DNA of 64,000 bases from Deltaproteobacteria bacterium (lineage in GTDB: Bacteria > Myxococcota_A > Polyangia > Polyangiales > Ga0077539). The notes beneath the pieces were generated by a model. The model was not told where the DNA came from. It did not search any database and worked only from the letters and a program-made list of their open reading frames with translations. How positions within the stretch are numbered: position 1 is the stretch's first letter; every line of letters starts with the position of its first letter. Made by a program: the position numbers and the translations under genes. Positions 17,435 to 26,706 of this stretch are shown in pieces. Location of the stretch: positions 6,355-70,354 of the forward strand of contig JAUXYJ010000018.1 of NCBI GenBank assembly GCA_030694465.1, given 5' to 3'.

Positions 17435-19486
17435 CTAGCGTGCGCCCGGGGCGCCTTCGGTGGGCTCTAGCCGCGCTTCAAGCTCAAACGTGCCGCTGCG
17501 TCCACGGTCAAATCCGTCGACGATGACAAAGTACCGCCCAGGCTCGACCGCGAGGTTGACCCGCGCGCTGTTGCCATCGGATCGCAGCGCACACCCGCGC
17601 TCTGTGCCCTGTCGCTCGCACGCACTTCGCACCGACACGACGCCCTCGAAGGTCGGCGTACGGAGCTCTACCGAGAGTCGTCCTGCTCGCTCAATTTGCA
17701 GTGAATACACGACATCAGGGCTCGCCGCACCGCGCCCGCAGCTCGCGTGAAGTCGGTCTGATTGTCCCGCTGTCGTTCCGCTCGCCCGAGCGCCGAGCGC
17801 GAGAGGCTGGGCGTCGCGGCAGGCACGCTCGGTAGGCTCAGCATCTTCGGCATCGAGCTGAACACTGTAGTCGCCGAAGACGTCCGGCGACTCGCTGTCG
17901 ACCACGAGGTAGTAGGTCCCTGCGGCGAGCACCGCGTCGAGGTGCGTATCGCGCGCACAGTAGAGCTCATCGCGTGCTGCGCAGCCGCGCGTGATACCCA
18001 GCGAAATCGCAGCCGAAGCTGTCCCAAGCGAGGCGCTCAAGAGCGTGGCGCGCACCAGGGCTCTGCGTGGCAAGACAAAGCGAAAGAGCTGATCGGGACC
18101 CCGCCCGCCGCAGCGCAATTGGACGTCGTCGCGCGCTGCAAAAGTGTCCCCGGCGCGAGACTCCCCCGGCGCGATGGCAAACGCGTTGCTGCACTGATCC
18201 CCGGGGCCTGTGGCGCCATCCACCGGCGCGCGCTCGACGCCGAGCGAGTACACTCCGCGCGCGTCTTGGGCAAAGCCGTCGACGGTGACCGAGTAGTTTC
18301 CCGCTGGTAAAATCCTGCTGATTCGCGAGTGCCCGCGGTCGTTGTAGTCGTCGTTGCACGCGATCTCCGTGCTCGCCTCGGTGCACGCTGAGCGAAGATA
18401 CACGCCAGTGTCCCAGCCGCCTTCGGCCTCGACGTTGACTCGCACGCGCGACGGCTCAGTCACCCGCAGCGAATAGGTCTGATCGGGCCCCGGAAACCGG
18501 CTCGACGCGCACGTCCCGTGCAACACATCCGAGGCCTCGCTCGTGTTGCCCACGACCAGTGTGCCGGGCTCAAGCGCGGTGCTGCGTGTGCACACGTCGG
18601 TCGCGTCCACGGACTCGACCTCGCTCGAAGCCAGGGTGTACGCGCCCCGGACGCCGTCCCCCACGCCCTCGACGATCACATAATACCGCCCAGGATCCAG
18701 GGTCGTGTCCACGAGCGCGGGTTCGCCCTCGCGTGAGACATTGCACGCCAGCGTAGGCCCCTCAAACGCCTCTGCGCCCTCGCCACCGCCCGCACACGAG
18801 CGTCGAACGTAGAGCGCCATGGTGCTCGTGCCCGTCGCTCGCAATTGCACGCGTTGCCGGCGCTCAAGGTCCAGCACATGCACGACGTCTGGGTTGCGCC
18901 CAGCGACGCAGCGTCCCGCGGCGTTGTCTCGCGCGGTCGTGAGCGACCCGATGACGTCGCCGCCAGCGACCAAGGGCAGCGGGTTTACACACGTGCCGCG
19001 GTCGCGCGCTGCGCCCGAGCGCTCGGCGTCGAGCTCCCACACCCCAAAGATGTACGTGCCCTGCCCAGCGCGCGCTGACACTGCTGCGCGAAATACCCCG
19101 TCGTTGGACGCACAATAGCTGAGGCTTGACCCTGTCCCGCTCGTGAGGCTCTCGCTTGTGCGCCGACCGTCAGGGGCATACAGCGCGAGCTCTAGGTCCA
19201 TGGTGCTCTCGGTCGCGAGCGCCACGACGCGATAGCACTGCCCGGCGCGCAGGGGTGCCGGATGCGACACGGTCGCACCACGCGCGATGGTCTTGTCCTC
19301 GGTGGTTCCGACCCGCGAAAATCCTAGCGAATCCATCGTCGCGCTGTGGCCAGGGAGCACCGTACTTGCGCGTGAAACTGGCGCGCTGCATCCCCATGGC
19401 CCTGCACCGAGCGCCCACGCGAGCAGCCCCATCCGCGCGATGCGCGTCCTCGTGTGTCGCTTCAAGCAGTCCATCAGGGGGTCCAT
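17435..19486 (-). CDS. secreted protein with about six tandem pre-peptidase C-terminal (PPC)-like modules
   Basis: Recurrent G.Y.v.VDGf....G.Y.L module ends (GRYYVIVEGVGDGVRGAYTL, GNYSVTVDGFAQDARGVYSL, GRYFVIVDGFDRGRSGTFEL). Start placed at MDPLMD so it does not overlap the rpoN stop. Signal peptide with Cys. Confidence 0.65.
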   Translation of the reverse strand: MDPLMDCLKRHTRTRIARMGLLAWALGAGPWGCSAPVSRASTVLPGHSATMDSLGFSRVGTTEDKTIARGATVSHPAPLRAGQCYRVVALATESTMDLELALYAPDGRRTSESLTSGTGSSLSYCASNDGVFRAAVSARAGQGTYIFGVWELDAERSGAARDRGTCVNPLPLVAGGDVIGSLTTARDNAAGRCVAGRNPDVVHVLDLERRQRVQLRATGTSTMALYVRRSCAGGGEGAEAFEGPTLACNVSREGEPALVDTTLDPGRYYVIVEGVGDGVRGAYTLASSEVESVDATDVCTRSTALEPGTLVVGNTSEASDVLHGTCASSRFPGPDQTYSLRVTEPSRVRVNVEAEGGWDTGVYLRSACTEASTEIACNDDYNDRGHSRISRILPAGNYSVTVDGFAQDARGVYSLGVERAPVDGATGPGDQCSNAFAIAPGESRAGDTFAARDDVQLRCGGRGPDQLFRFVLPRRALVRATLLSASLGTASAAISLGITRGCAARDELYCARDTHLDAVLAAGTYYLVVDSESPDVFGDYSVQLDAEDAEPTERACRDAQPLALGARASGTTAGQSDRLHASCGRGAASPDVVYSLQIERAGRLSVELRTPTFEGVVSVRSACERQGTERGCALRSDGNSARVNLAVEPGRYFVIVDGFDRGRSGTFELEARLEPTEGAPGAR

Positions 19487-19502
19487 CCAGTGGGCGAGGC
19501 GA

Positions 19503-21353
19503 TCAGTAGTACTGCTTGCGCTTCGCGCTCGAGAGAATCCCAAGCATTTCACGGTACTTCGCGATTGTACGTCGCGCGATCATGATCTTGGATTGCTCTT
19601 CGAGTGTGCGCGCGATGGCTTCGTCTGAGAGCGGACTCTTGGGGTCTTCTTCAGAGATGATTTTCTTAATGGCTTGCTTGACGCTCTCGCTCGCGATGTC
19701 CTCATCGGCCATGCGTCGGATCGAGCTGTTAAAAAAGTACTTGAGCTCAAACGTCCCGCGCGGCGTGTGAACGTACTTGTTGGTCGTCACGCGCGAGATC
19801 GTGCTCTCGTGCATGCCCACGATCTCTGCGACGTCCCGAAGAATCATGGGCTTCAGGTGCTCGATCCCCAGCTCAAAGAACTCGCGTTGGCGCTCGACGA
19901 TGCACTGGGTGACCTTGACAATCGTGCGCTGTCGCTGATCGAGCGAGCGCACAAACCAACGCGCGGATGCCAGTTTGTTCTGAACAAACGCTAGGTTTTC
20001 TACCGAGGCTCGCGCCCGCGCGACCGCCCGCGCGTCTGCGCCCGAGCCGTTGCGTTGCAGTTGCGCCATGAGCTGATCGTCCGTGAGCGCAGGAGCCTTG
20101 GGGTCAGACTCTTCGAGGACCTTCTTCACTGCGCTCTTGACCGATCGGTCCACCGCGTCGTCCTCGTTAATCTGTCGCATCAACGACAACGCTTGCTCGG
20201 CGTTGATCTTGAGCTTCGGCAGCCCATCGTCGTTGGTCGTCACGACGTAGTCGTCGCCCGATTTGATCACGTACACGTCGGGTGTGACGTACGGCGTGTC
20301 CTCGGTCGTAAAGTTGCGCCCAGGCCGCGGCTCAAGCGTAGAGATGAGCTTCGCCGCGTCGTAGACGTCCTCGAGATCGCAGCGTAAATCCCTGACGATC
20401 GCGTTAAAATTGCGACGCTCGAGGTTGGGCAGGTGCTGATCGATCACCTTCCACACGACGTTCTCGTCGTCGTAGCCAAACTCCTCGGCTTGGATCAAAA
20501 GACACTCACGAAGATCTCGCGCCGCCACGCCGACTGGGTCCAACGTCTGGATCAATCGCAGGACCTCTTCGGCGTCTTCGGGATCAAGCCCCGCCCAACG
20601 CGCGATGTCATCCAGCGTGACCGTCTGCCCCTTGCTCTCTTCGTTGTCTGCGATCTCTGACGCGGTGAGCTCGGTCTCGTGCTCGTCGACCTTCTTTTTC
20701 TTGCGTCGCCCCTGCGCCTCGTCCTCGTCCGGCTCGTCTTCGAGGGGCTCCACCAAGACTCCCCAACGGTCTGTGACTGGAGCCGGTTTTTTCTTCGGCG
20801 CCTTGGGTTTCTCAGACGAAACGCCGAGCAACCGCAGGTAGCCGTGCTCGTCCAGGTTGTGCACGATGAAGGTCGCAAACGCGAGCTCCTCGTCGCTCAG
20901 TGGCGTGAGGCGCAACTGGGCCATCAGATGGTCTGAGAGCGACGAGCGGTTGCTCAGCGTTTGCTCAAGCGATGGCATGTCCTCGCTGCTCAACCGCTGC
21001 GCGCCCGAGGGCATCGGCTGCTGGTTCGAGTAGGACTCTAAGAAGCGCTCCCAATACTCGACCTCTTGGGTCTCGCTCACCGCTCGCTTTTCTTCCATCG
21101 ACTGCGTCGCGTGATCACGCTGCGCGTCCGCCGCGGCGACGTCGTCGATCGAGCGAATCTCTCCGTCCGCATCCGACGCGCGTGGATCCTCGCCGCTCGC
21201 CTCGTCCAAGATGGGATTCTCGGTGAGCTCTTCTCGAATTTGATCGATCAGTTCGAGCCGTGAGAGCTGCAAAAGCTTAATGGCCTGCTGCAGCTGAGGT
21301 GTCATCACCAGCTGCTGCGACATGTTCAAGCTGAGTCCAAGCTTGCCTTCCAT
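19503..21353 (-). CDS. rpoN: RNA polymerase sigma-54 factor
   Basis: Region I (LSLNMSQQLVMTPQLQQAIKLLQLS), the HTH region and the RpoN box ARRTIAKYRE. At 616 aa it is unusually long. Confidence 0.95.
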   Translation of the reverse strand: MEGKLGLSLNMSQQLVMTPQLQQAIKLLQLSRLELIDQIREELTENPILDEASGEDPRASDADGEIRSIDDVAAADAQRDHATQSMEEKRAVSETQEVEYWERFLESYSNQQPMPSGAQRLSSEDMPSLEQTLSNRSSLSDHLMAQLRLTPLSDEELAFATFIVHNLDEHGYLRLLGVSSEKPKAPKKKPAPVTDRWGVLVEPLEDEPDEDEAQGRRKKKKVDEHETELTASEIADNEESKGQTVTLDDIARWAGLDPEDAEEVLRLIQTLDPVGVAARDLRECLLIQAEEFGYDDENVVWKVIDQHLPNLERRNFNAIVRDLRCDLEDVYDAAKLISTLEPRPGRNFTTEDTPYVTPDVYVIKSGDDYVVTTNDDGLPKLKINAEQALSLMRQINEDDAVDRSVKSAVKKVLEESDPKAPALTDDQLMAQLQRNGSGADARAVARARASVENLAFVQNKLASARWFVRSLDQRQRTIVKVTQCIVERQREFFELGIEHLKPMILRDVAEIVGMHESTISRVTTNKYVHTPRGTFELKYFFNSSIRRMADEDIASESVKQAIKKIISEEDPKSPLSDEAIARTLEEQSKIMIARRTIAKYREMLGILSSAKRKQYY

Positions 21354-21502
21354 GCTCTATCCACCGTTCTGTTCAGGATCGACCATGACCATGCGAGGAC
21401 TCTAGACGACCCGGTCCGTCGTGGCACGCAAGAAGTACACCGAAGCGAAAGTGTCAGCAAATTTCCTAGAGTGCAGCATGTCGATTCATTGCACAGCCGC
21501 GC

Positions 21503-24142
21503 TTACCCTTCGGTCTTCGCGCTGGGCGTGGCCCTCGCTTGGAGCGTCGTCACCGTCGGCGTGGGCTGCGCGAGCAGCAACCGGTTGGCGACCTCGAGCG
21601 CGACCAACAACAGCGAGCTCTGTCGAGACTCTCTGCGCTCAAGGCTCGAGAGCGCGAGCTCAAGAGGCGCAAACGCATCGCTCCACACGGTCACAAACGA
21701 GGTCGCGGGCCCCACGGTGTCACGCGCGCCATCCGCCGCCGCACGCTCGATCGCGGCGATCACGAGCGCGCTCGCGAGCTGTGAAGATTCACTCACGAGA
21801 AGCCCCGCCTCGACGCTCAGTCTCTCAAGCTCTTGCAGCGCCGGAGCGAGCTCGCTCAGCGCGTGCTGCCGAACTCTCCACGCGATCTCGGCCGCTGCGT
21901 CCGCACGGAGCACCTGCGTGTCCTGTGAGCTCGTGCCCCCGCGCTCATTGCGCTGCAGCAACGTGAGCTGCTCGTGCAGCATCCGTGTCACCTGCTGGCG
22001 CGTCGCGGTAAGCACATCGGGCAAGCGATTTCGCAGACCCATCATCGCGGTCCCGAGCGCATCTCGGCATGCCTCACGTGCGTTCGCCTCGCGCTCGGTC
22101 TGCGCGAGCGCCTGCTGCGCTTGGGTGACCCATGCACGGGCACGCCACGCCACGCGGCGCTGCTTCCACTCGCTGCGCTGCGCGACGAGCTGCTCGTCCA
22201 TCCACGCAAAGAGTGAGGCAAATCCGCTGGCAGCGAGCGCGATTTTCGCCCGCTGGCGGTCACTCTCACTCAGCGCACTGTCCTCAAGCGCGAGCTGCGC
22301 GTTGAGGGCCTCGCGCGACGAGACGCTCATCACCAAGGGGGCACTTTGCCCAAAGCTCTCGCTGAGCAACTGCACGACCTCGCGCAGCTGATCGCCCTGC
22401 AATTGATCGATCTTATTGAGAACGCCGAGCACGACCACGCCCGCTTGTTGGGCCTCGTCGATGGGCTCGGTCTCGCTGGCTTTTCCGGCTTGGCGCGCGT
22501 CGAAGAGCCACAAGCCCACGTCGGCCATCGCGAACGCGCTGCGCACCGCGCGCTCGTGCGAGGCGTCGCCCGCGTTGAAGCCCGGCGTGTCAATGAGCTC
22601 GATGCGCGCGAGCCTCGCGGCCGGCCAAGTCACCTCGACGTAAGCGATTTCGCCTCCTGATTCACGGGTCTTTGCGACCTGTCGCGGCGCCTCGTCGATG
22701 GTGCAATACAAGACCGATCCGCTGCGGTCGACCACGCGCGCCGAGGGGTCTCCGTAGCGTAACCAGTGCACCTGCGCGGTGGTCGGGAGCACGCCCATCG
22801 GTGACACCTTCGCGCCCACCATCGCGTTGAGAAAGGTAGATTTTCCCGCGCTAAATTCGCCCAAAATCGCGACCCTCAGCGGCTCGTCAAGCTCGCGTCG
22901 CCGGGCTCTAAGTTCGGCTACCACCGTCGCGAGCGAGGGCTCGTCCGAGAGCATCACCGCGAGCTCTTCGAGCATCTGCGGCAGGTTGTCTTGCCAACTG
23001 CACGCACACGCGGATTCGTATTGCGTGAGGGCATACGCACGAGTCTGCTCGTCTTCGATCGCGGGCATGAGCGCCTCGCGCGCGCGGCGTCCATCACGCG
23101 CATCGATCCAGCGCTGCGACTGAGCGAGAGCCAAGATCGCCGCCGAGCCGTGTCGCTCAGGCGCTTGTTCGGCCCATCGCGAGGCCACCTCGGGCGCCGC
23201 ACGGAGCGCCGCAGCGAGGGCCAGAGGCCACAGAGTGTCCGGGATTTCGTCTGCCCGAATGCTCTCAAGTGCAGTGGGTCTCTCGCCGCTCTGTCCGAGC
23301 TTTGTCAGCGCGCGCGCCAGCTGCGCTTGGGCCCCTTCGGCGTCGCTCACGACACGCTCGAGCGCTTCTTCATCGCCCGATCGCCAGAGCGAGAGCACCA
23401 ACGGAGCGACCGCTTCTTGGTCCCCCACGAGCCACGCGCGGCGCAAGTGTCGCGTCGCGAGCTTGTGCTCACCGAGGCCCAGCGCGAGCTCTCCGGCGTT
23501 GCGATTGGCGAGTCGATCTGCAGGTCCAATCGACGTTGATGCGCGCTCAAGTGCTCGCCGTCCCTGGGCGAGGTCGCCACGAAACACAGCGTCCTTGGCC
23601 AGGATCAACCACGCGCTCCCGAGCTCGGGGTCCATCACCGTGGCGCCACGCGCGATCTGCAGCGCCGCGGCCCGCTGCCCATGAGACTCGAGCCGCTCGG
23701 CCGCGCGTTGCAATCGCAGCGCGGACTCTCGCTCGGTGCCCACCGCGCGCCCACGCGCCAGCGTTGCAAACTCCAGCGCGCGCGAGACGTCCCCGTGGTG
23801 CGCGGCGTATTCGCAAGCTCGCGCCAAGAGCGCCGACGGGATGGCTCTCTCTCTGGACGCGTCGAGCAGTACGCCCATCGCGTGGGCCGATTCGCCCTGC
23901 GAAAAGAGCGCCTCTGCGCGCAAGGCGACCGCAGGGAGGTACATCGGCGCGGCGGCGAGCGCGTTCTGCGCTTTGTGCAGCGCGCCCGTGGGATCTCCGA
24001 GCGCGAGCAGGGTCTCGCCTCGCTTGACGAGCTGAACCACTTCGTCGGCCGGAGGGATCATCGAATCGAGAAAACGCTCGACACGCTCTAAGAGCGCGAC
24101 GGGTCTACGGGGTGCGTCTGCCACAGGACGGGACCATAGCAA
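21503..24142 (-). CDS. TPR-repeat / dynamin-family GTPase fusion protein
   Basis: The N-terminal ~400 aa are Ala/Leu-rich TPR-like repeats. They are followed by G1 GEFSAGKST, G3 DTPG and G4 NKID, then a helical stalk. Confidence 0.8.
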   Translation of the reverse strand: MLWSRPVADAPRRPVALLERVERFLDSMIPPADEVVQLVKRGETLLALGDPTGALHKAQNALAAAPMYLPAVALRAEALFSQGESAHAMGVLLDASRERAIPSALLARACEYAAHHGDVSRALEFATLARGRAVGTERESALRLQRAAERLESHGQRAAALQIARGATVMDPELGSAWLILAKDAVFRGDLAQGRRALERASTSIGPADRLANRNAGELALGLGEHKLATRHLRRAWLVGDQEAVAPLVLSLWRSGDEEALERVVSDAEGAQAQLARALTKLGQSGERPTALESIRADEIPDTLWPLALAAALRAAPEVASRWAEQAPERHGSAAILALAQSQRWIDARDGRRAREALMPAIEDEQTRAYALTQYESACACSWQDNLPQMLEELAVMLSDEPSLATVVAELRARRRELDEPLRVAILGEFSAGKSTFLNAMVGAKVSPMGVLPTTAQVHWLRYGDPSARVVDRSGSVLYCTIDEAPRQVAKTRESGGEIAYVEVTWPAARLARIELIDTPGFNAGDASHERAVRSAFAMADVGLWLFDARQAGKASETEPIDEAQQAGVVVLGVLNKIDQLQGDQLREVVQLLSESFGQSAPLVMSVSSREALNAQLALEDSALSESDRQRAKIALAASGFASLFAWMDEQLVAQRSEWKQRRVAWRARAWVTQAQQALAQTEREANAREACRDALGTAMMGLRNRLPDVLTATRQQVTRMLHEQLTLLQRNERGGTSSQDTQVLRADAAAEIAWRVRQHALSELAPALQELERLSVEAGLLVSESSQLASALVIAAIERAAADGARDTVGPATSFVTVWSDAFAPLELALSSLERRESRQSSLLLVALEVANRLLLAQPTPTVTTLQARATPSAKTEG

Positions 24143-24265
24143 TCATCGCGCATCCCAGCGCACACCAACGCACGGGTGAGCCAGCCCGAGATCCGCGCAC
24201 CAGGGCTTGTGAGGCGCACTTGACTGGTATTTCTTCGCGAGTGAAGGCACACCCTGCGGATCGCA

Positions 24266-25894
24266 ATGCCGGACGAGACCCAGCCCACCGCCGACAAGCC
24301 CGCATCGGGGGGGCTTGCCAAAAACGCTGCGATCACTTTTGTCGGAACGCTCGCGTCGCGATTGCTCGGGATGTTTCGCGAGGTCTTGATCGCGGTGACC
24401 TTCTCGACCGCGGTGACCGATGTGTTCTTCGTCGCGTGGCGTGTGCCCAACGCGTTGCGCGCTTTGTTGGCAGAGGGAGCAGCGAGCGCGGCGTTGGGGC
24501 CGGCGTTCTCTGAAGCGCAGCGCCCCGAAGCAGGGAGCAACGAGCGCAACCTGCCTCGGTTGCGCGAGGTGATCTCGCGGGTGGGTGGGGCCGCGTTCGC
24601 TACGTTGGCGCTCGCGACGGCGCTAGGGGTGATCTTTGCGCGGCCGATTTTCTCTTTAGTTTCAAAGGGTTTCGCGGGTGACGTGGCGCGCTTTGAGCTG
24701 GGCGTGCTGCTCTTGCGGTTGCTGTTTCCGTTCTTGTTCTTGATGGGCTGGTTCGCGATTGGGCGCACAGCGCTCGAGCGTCTCGGAGACTTTCGGACCG
24801 GCTCGGCCGCGAGTGTTTTGCAGAACGTCGCGTTTGTGTTGGCGCCGTTTGTGTTGGTGCCCTTCGCGCCGTGGCTGGGACTTCCGCCCATCGCGATGAT
24901 GGCCGTCGCTGCGCTTTTGGGTGGTTTTTTGCAGGCGATGTACCTGCGTCCTGCGTTGCGAAGGCGCGGAGTGTTGGTGCGACCGACCCTCGCCAGAGAC
25001 CCGGCCTTGCGTGAGGTCTCGCGCACCTTTGCGACCATGCTCTATGGCCAAGCTGTCTACCAAATCAACGTGGTCTTGGCCTCGCGCTTGCTCTCTTCGC
25101 TCGAGCCCGGCTCGGCCTCTTGGAACAGCTATGCCCAGCGCATCGCCGACATCCCGCAGGGCTTGTTTACCGTGTCCATCGCCGGCGCCGCGGCCGCCGA
25201 AATGGAGCGCTACGCCGTCGACAACGACCGCACCAACGTGGGCCTGACGCTCGAACGCACGATCTCTCTGAGCGCATTCGTCGCCCTCCCAGCGTGTGTG
25301 CTCCTCGCGGTGTACAGCGAGGCCGTCGTGCCGGTGATCTTTGGCTATGGCCGCTTCGCGAGTGGCGCAAATGCCCAGCGAAATCTCATCGAAGTCGCGC
25401 GTTCGCTCGAGTGGCAAGCGCTCACCGTCGCGCTCTTTGCCTTCGTGCACCCCATGAACCGAGTCTTCGCGGCGTTTAAGAACCGCAAGCCCATTCTCAT
25501 CGCGTCTACGCTCGCTTTGCTAGCGTTTGGCCTAGTCAGCGGCCCTCTGACGGTGCGCTACGGGCACGTCGGGGTCGCCATGGCCGGCGCCGTCTCTGGG
25601 GCGGTCCAGCTCGTCGCCCTCGCGGTGCAGGTTCGCGCGCAAGTGCCGCTCGAGCCATGGCGCATGGGTGGTTCTTTGGCTAAGGTGCTCGCTGCGACCG
25701 GCGTGATGGCGCTTGCGGCCCGAGCGGCCGTGCAATGGCTCCCGGTTCGCGAATCACACGCTTCGCACAAGATTTTGGCCGTGGTGGTCGGAGGTGCGCT
25801 TGCGTTGCTCTATGTGGGGGCAGCCTGGATTTTACAATGCAACGAGATCAACGAACTGCGCCAGAAAATCGCGCGACGCCGAAGCCGAAGTTAA
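24266..25894 (+). CDS. murJ: lipid II flippase MurJ (MviN)
   Basis: Polytopic membrane protein with the MurJ N-terminal pattern SRLLGMFRE...DVFFVAWRVPNALRALLAEGA. Confidence 0.85.
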   Translation: MPDETQPTADKPASGGLAKNAAITFVGTLASRLLGMFREVLIAVTFSTAVTDVFFVAWRVPNALRALLAEGAASAALGPAFSEAQRPEAGSNERNLPRLREVISRVGGAAFATLALATALGVIFARPIFSLVSKGFAGDVARFELGVLLLRLLFPFLFLMGWFAIGRTALERLGDFRTGSAASVLQNVAFVLAPFVLVPFAPWLGLPPIAMMAVAALLGGFLQAMYLRPALRRRGVLVRPTLARDPALREVSRTFATMLYGQAVYQINVVLASRLLSSLEPGSASWNSYAQRIADIPQGLFTVSIAGAAAAEMERYAVDNDRTNVGLTLERTISLSAFVALPACVLLAVYSEAVVPVIFGYGRFASGANAQRNLIEVARSLEWQALTVALFAFVHPMNRVFAAFKNRKPILIASTLALLAFGLVSGPLTVRYGHVGVAMAGAVSGAVQLVALAVQVRAQVPLEPWRMGGSLAKVLAATGVMALAARAAVQWLPVRESHASHKILAVVVGGALALLYVGAAWILQCNEINELRQKIARRRSRS

Positions 25895-25932
25895 CCCCGA
25901 AGAGCAGCCCCAAGGACACTCACAACAGCCCC

Positions 25933-26532
25933 GTGGATGTGCTCGAGGCCTCGTTTGTGATGGAGGCCCGCAGCGCCGAAGGGCTCCCGCCCACCACCGG
26001 CGGAGGTCCACACCCGGTGCTCGAGATCGCATTTGCCGGGCGCTCAAACGTCGGCAAATCATCCCTGCTCAACGCGATCGCCCAGCGCAAAGGCCTCGCG
26101 CGAACCTCTGGGACCCCCGGCTGCACGCGCGGTCTGGTGCTCTTTGACCTCATGCTCCGCTCGGGGACCTCGTTGCGGATCGTTGACCTCCCGGGGTACG
26201 GCTACGCTGCGCGCAACCGCGAAGAGCGCACGTCCTGGGGGCCCATGATCGAGAGCTACCTCCAAAAGCGCGAGTGCCTCTCGGCCGTAGTGATCTTGGT
26301 CGACGCGCGACGCGGCCCCGAGGACGAAGAGCGACAGCTCATTGAGTTTCTCTCAACGCTCGGAGTCTCGATGATTTTGGCGGTCACCAAAATCGACAAG
26401 CTCGCCAAGAACGAGCGCTTCGGGGTTCTCAACAGTCTCCGCAAGGCTTTCGGCGCCAAGGTCATCGGAGTCTCCGGGCACACGGGCGAGGGACGCGACG
26501 AGCTCGTTTCCGCGCTGGTCAAGATCGCCTGA
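25933..26532 (+). CDS. engB: ribosome biogenesis GTP-binding protein EngB/YihA
   Basis: EIAFAGRSNVGKSSLLNAI, DLPGYGYA and TKIDK. The start is uncertain: GTG 25933 is preferred, and ATG 25837 would overlap murJ. Confidence 0.85.
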   Translation: MDVLEASFVMEARSAEGLPPTTGGGPHPVLEIAFAGRSNVGKSSLLNAIAQRKGLARTSGTPGCTRGLVLFDLMLRSGTSLRIVDLPGYGYAARNREERTSWGPMIESYLQKRECLSAVVILVDARRGPEDEERQLIEFLSTLGVSMILAVTKIDKLAKNERFGVLNSLRKAFGAKVIGVSGHTGEGRDELVSALVKIA

Positions 26533-26706
26533 GTTGCTAGCCGCACGTTCAGTGCTTCGGGATGTACGGACCGATGGCACATGAGCCAGTGGCCGTGGCG
26601 CAGAGTGGCGCTATTGAGCCGCGGACGTGCCAGCGCGAGCGTTCAATTTTTCGGCGGCAAAACAAGGGCGAAATGGCCCGTTGAGTGGTTGACGCGCTAG
26701 GCCAAC

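Noticed and set aside
24088-25038. 316-aa minus-strand ORF, and 262-aa minus-strand ORF (24662-25450)
   Set aside because: Both are antisense to murJ. The basic low-complexity products are typical of shadow frames opposite a membrane-protein gene.
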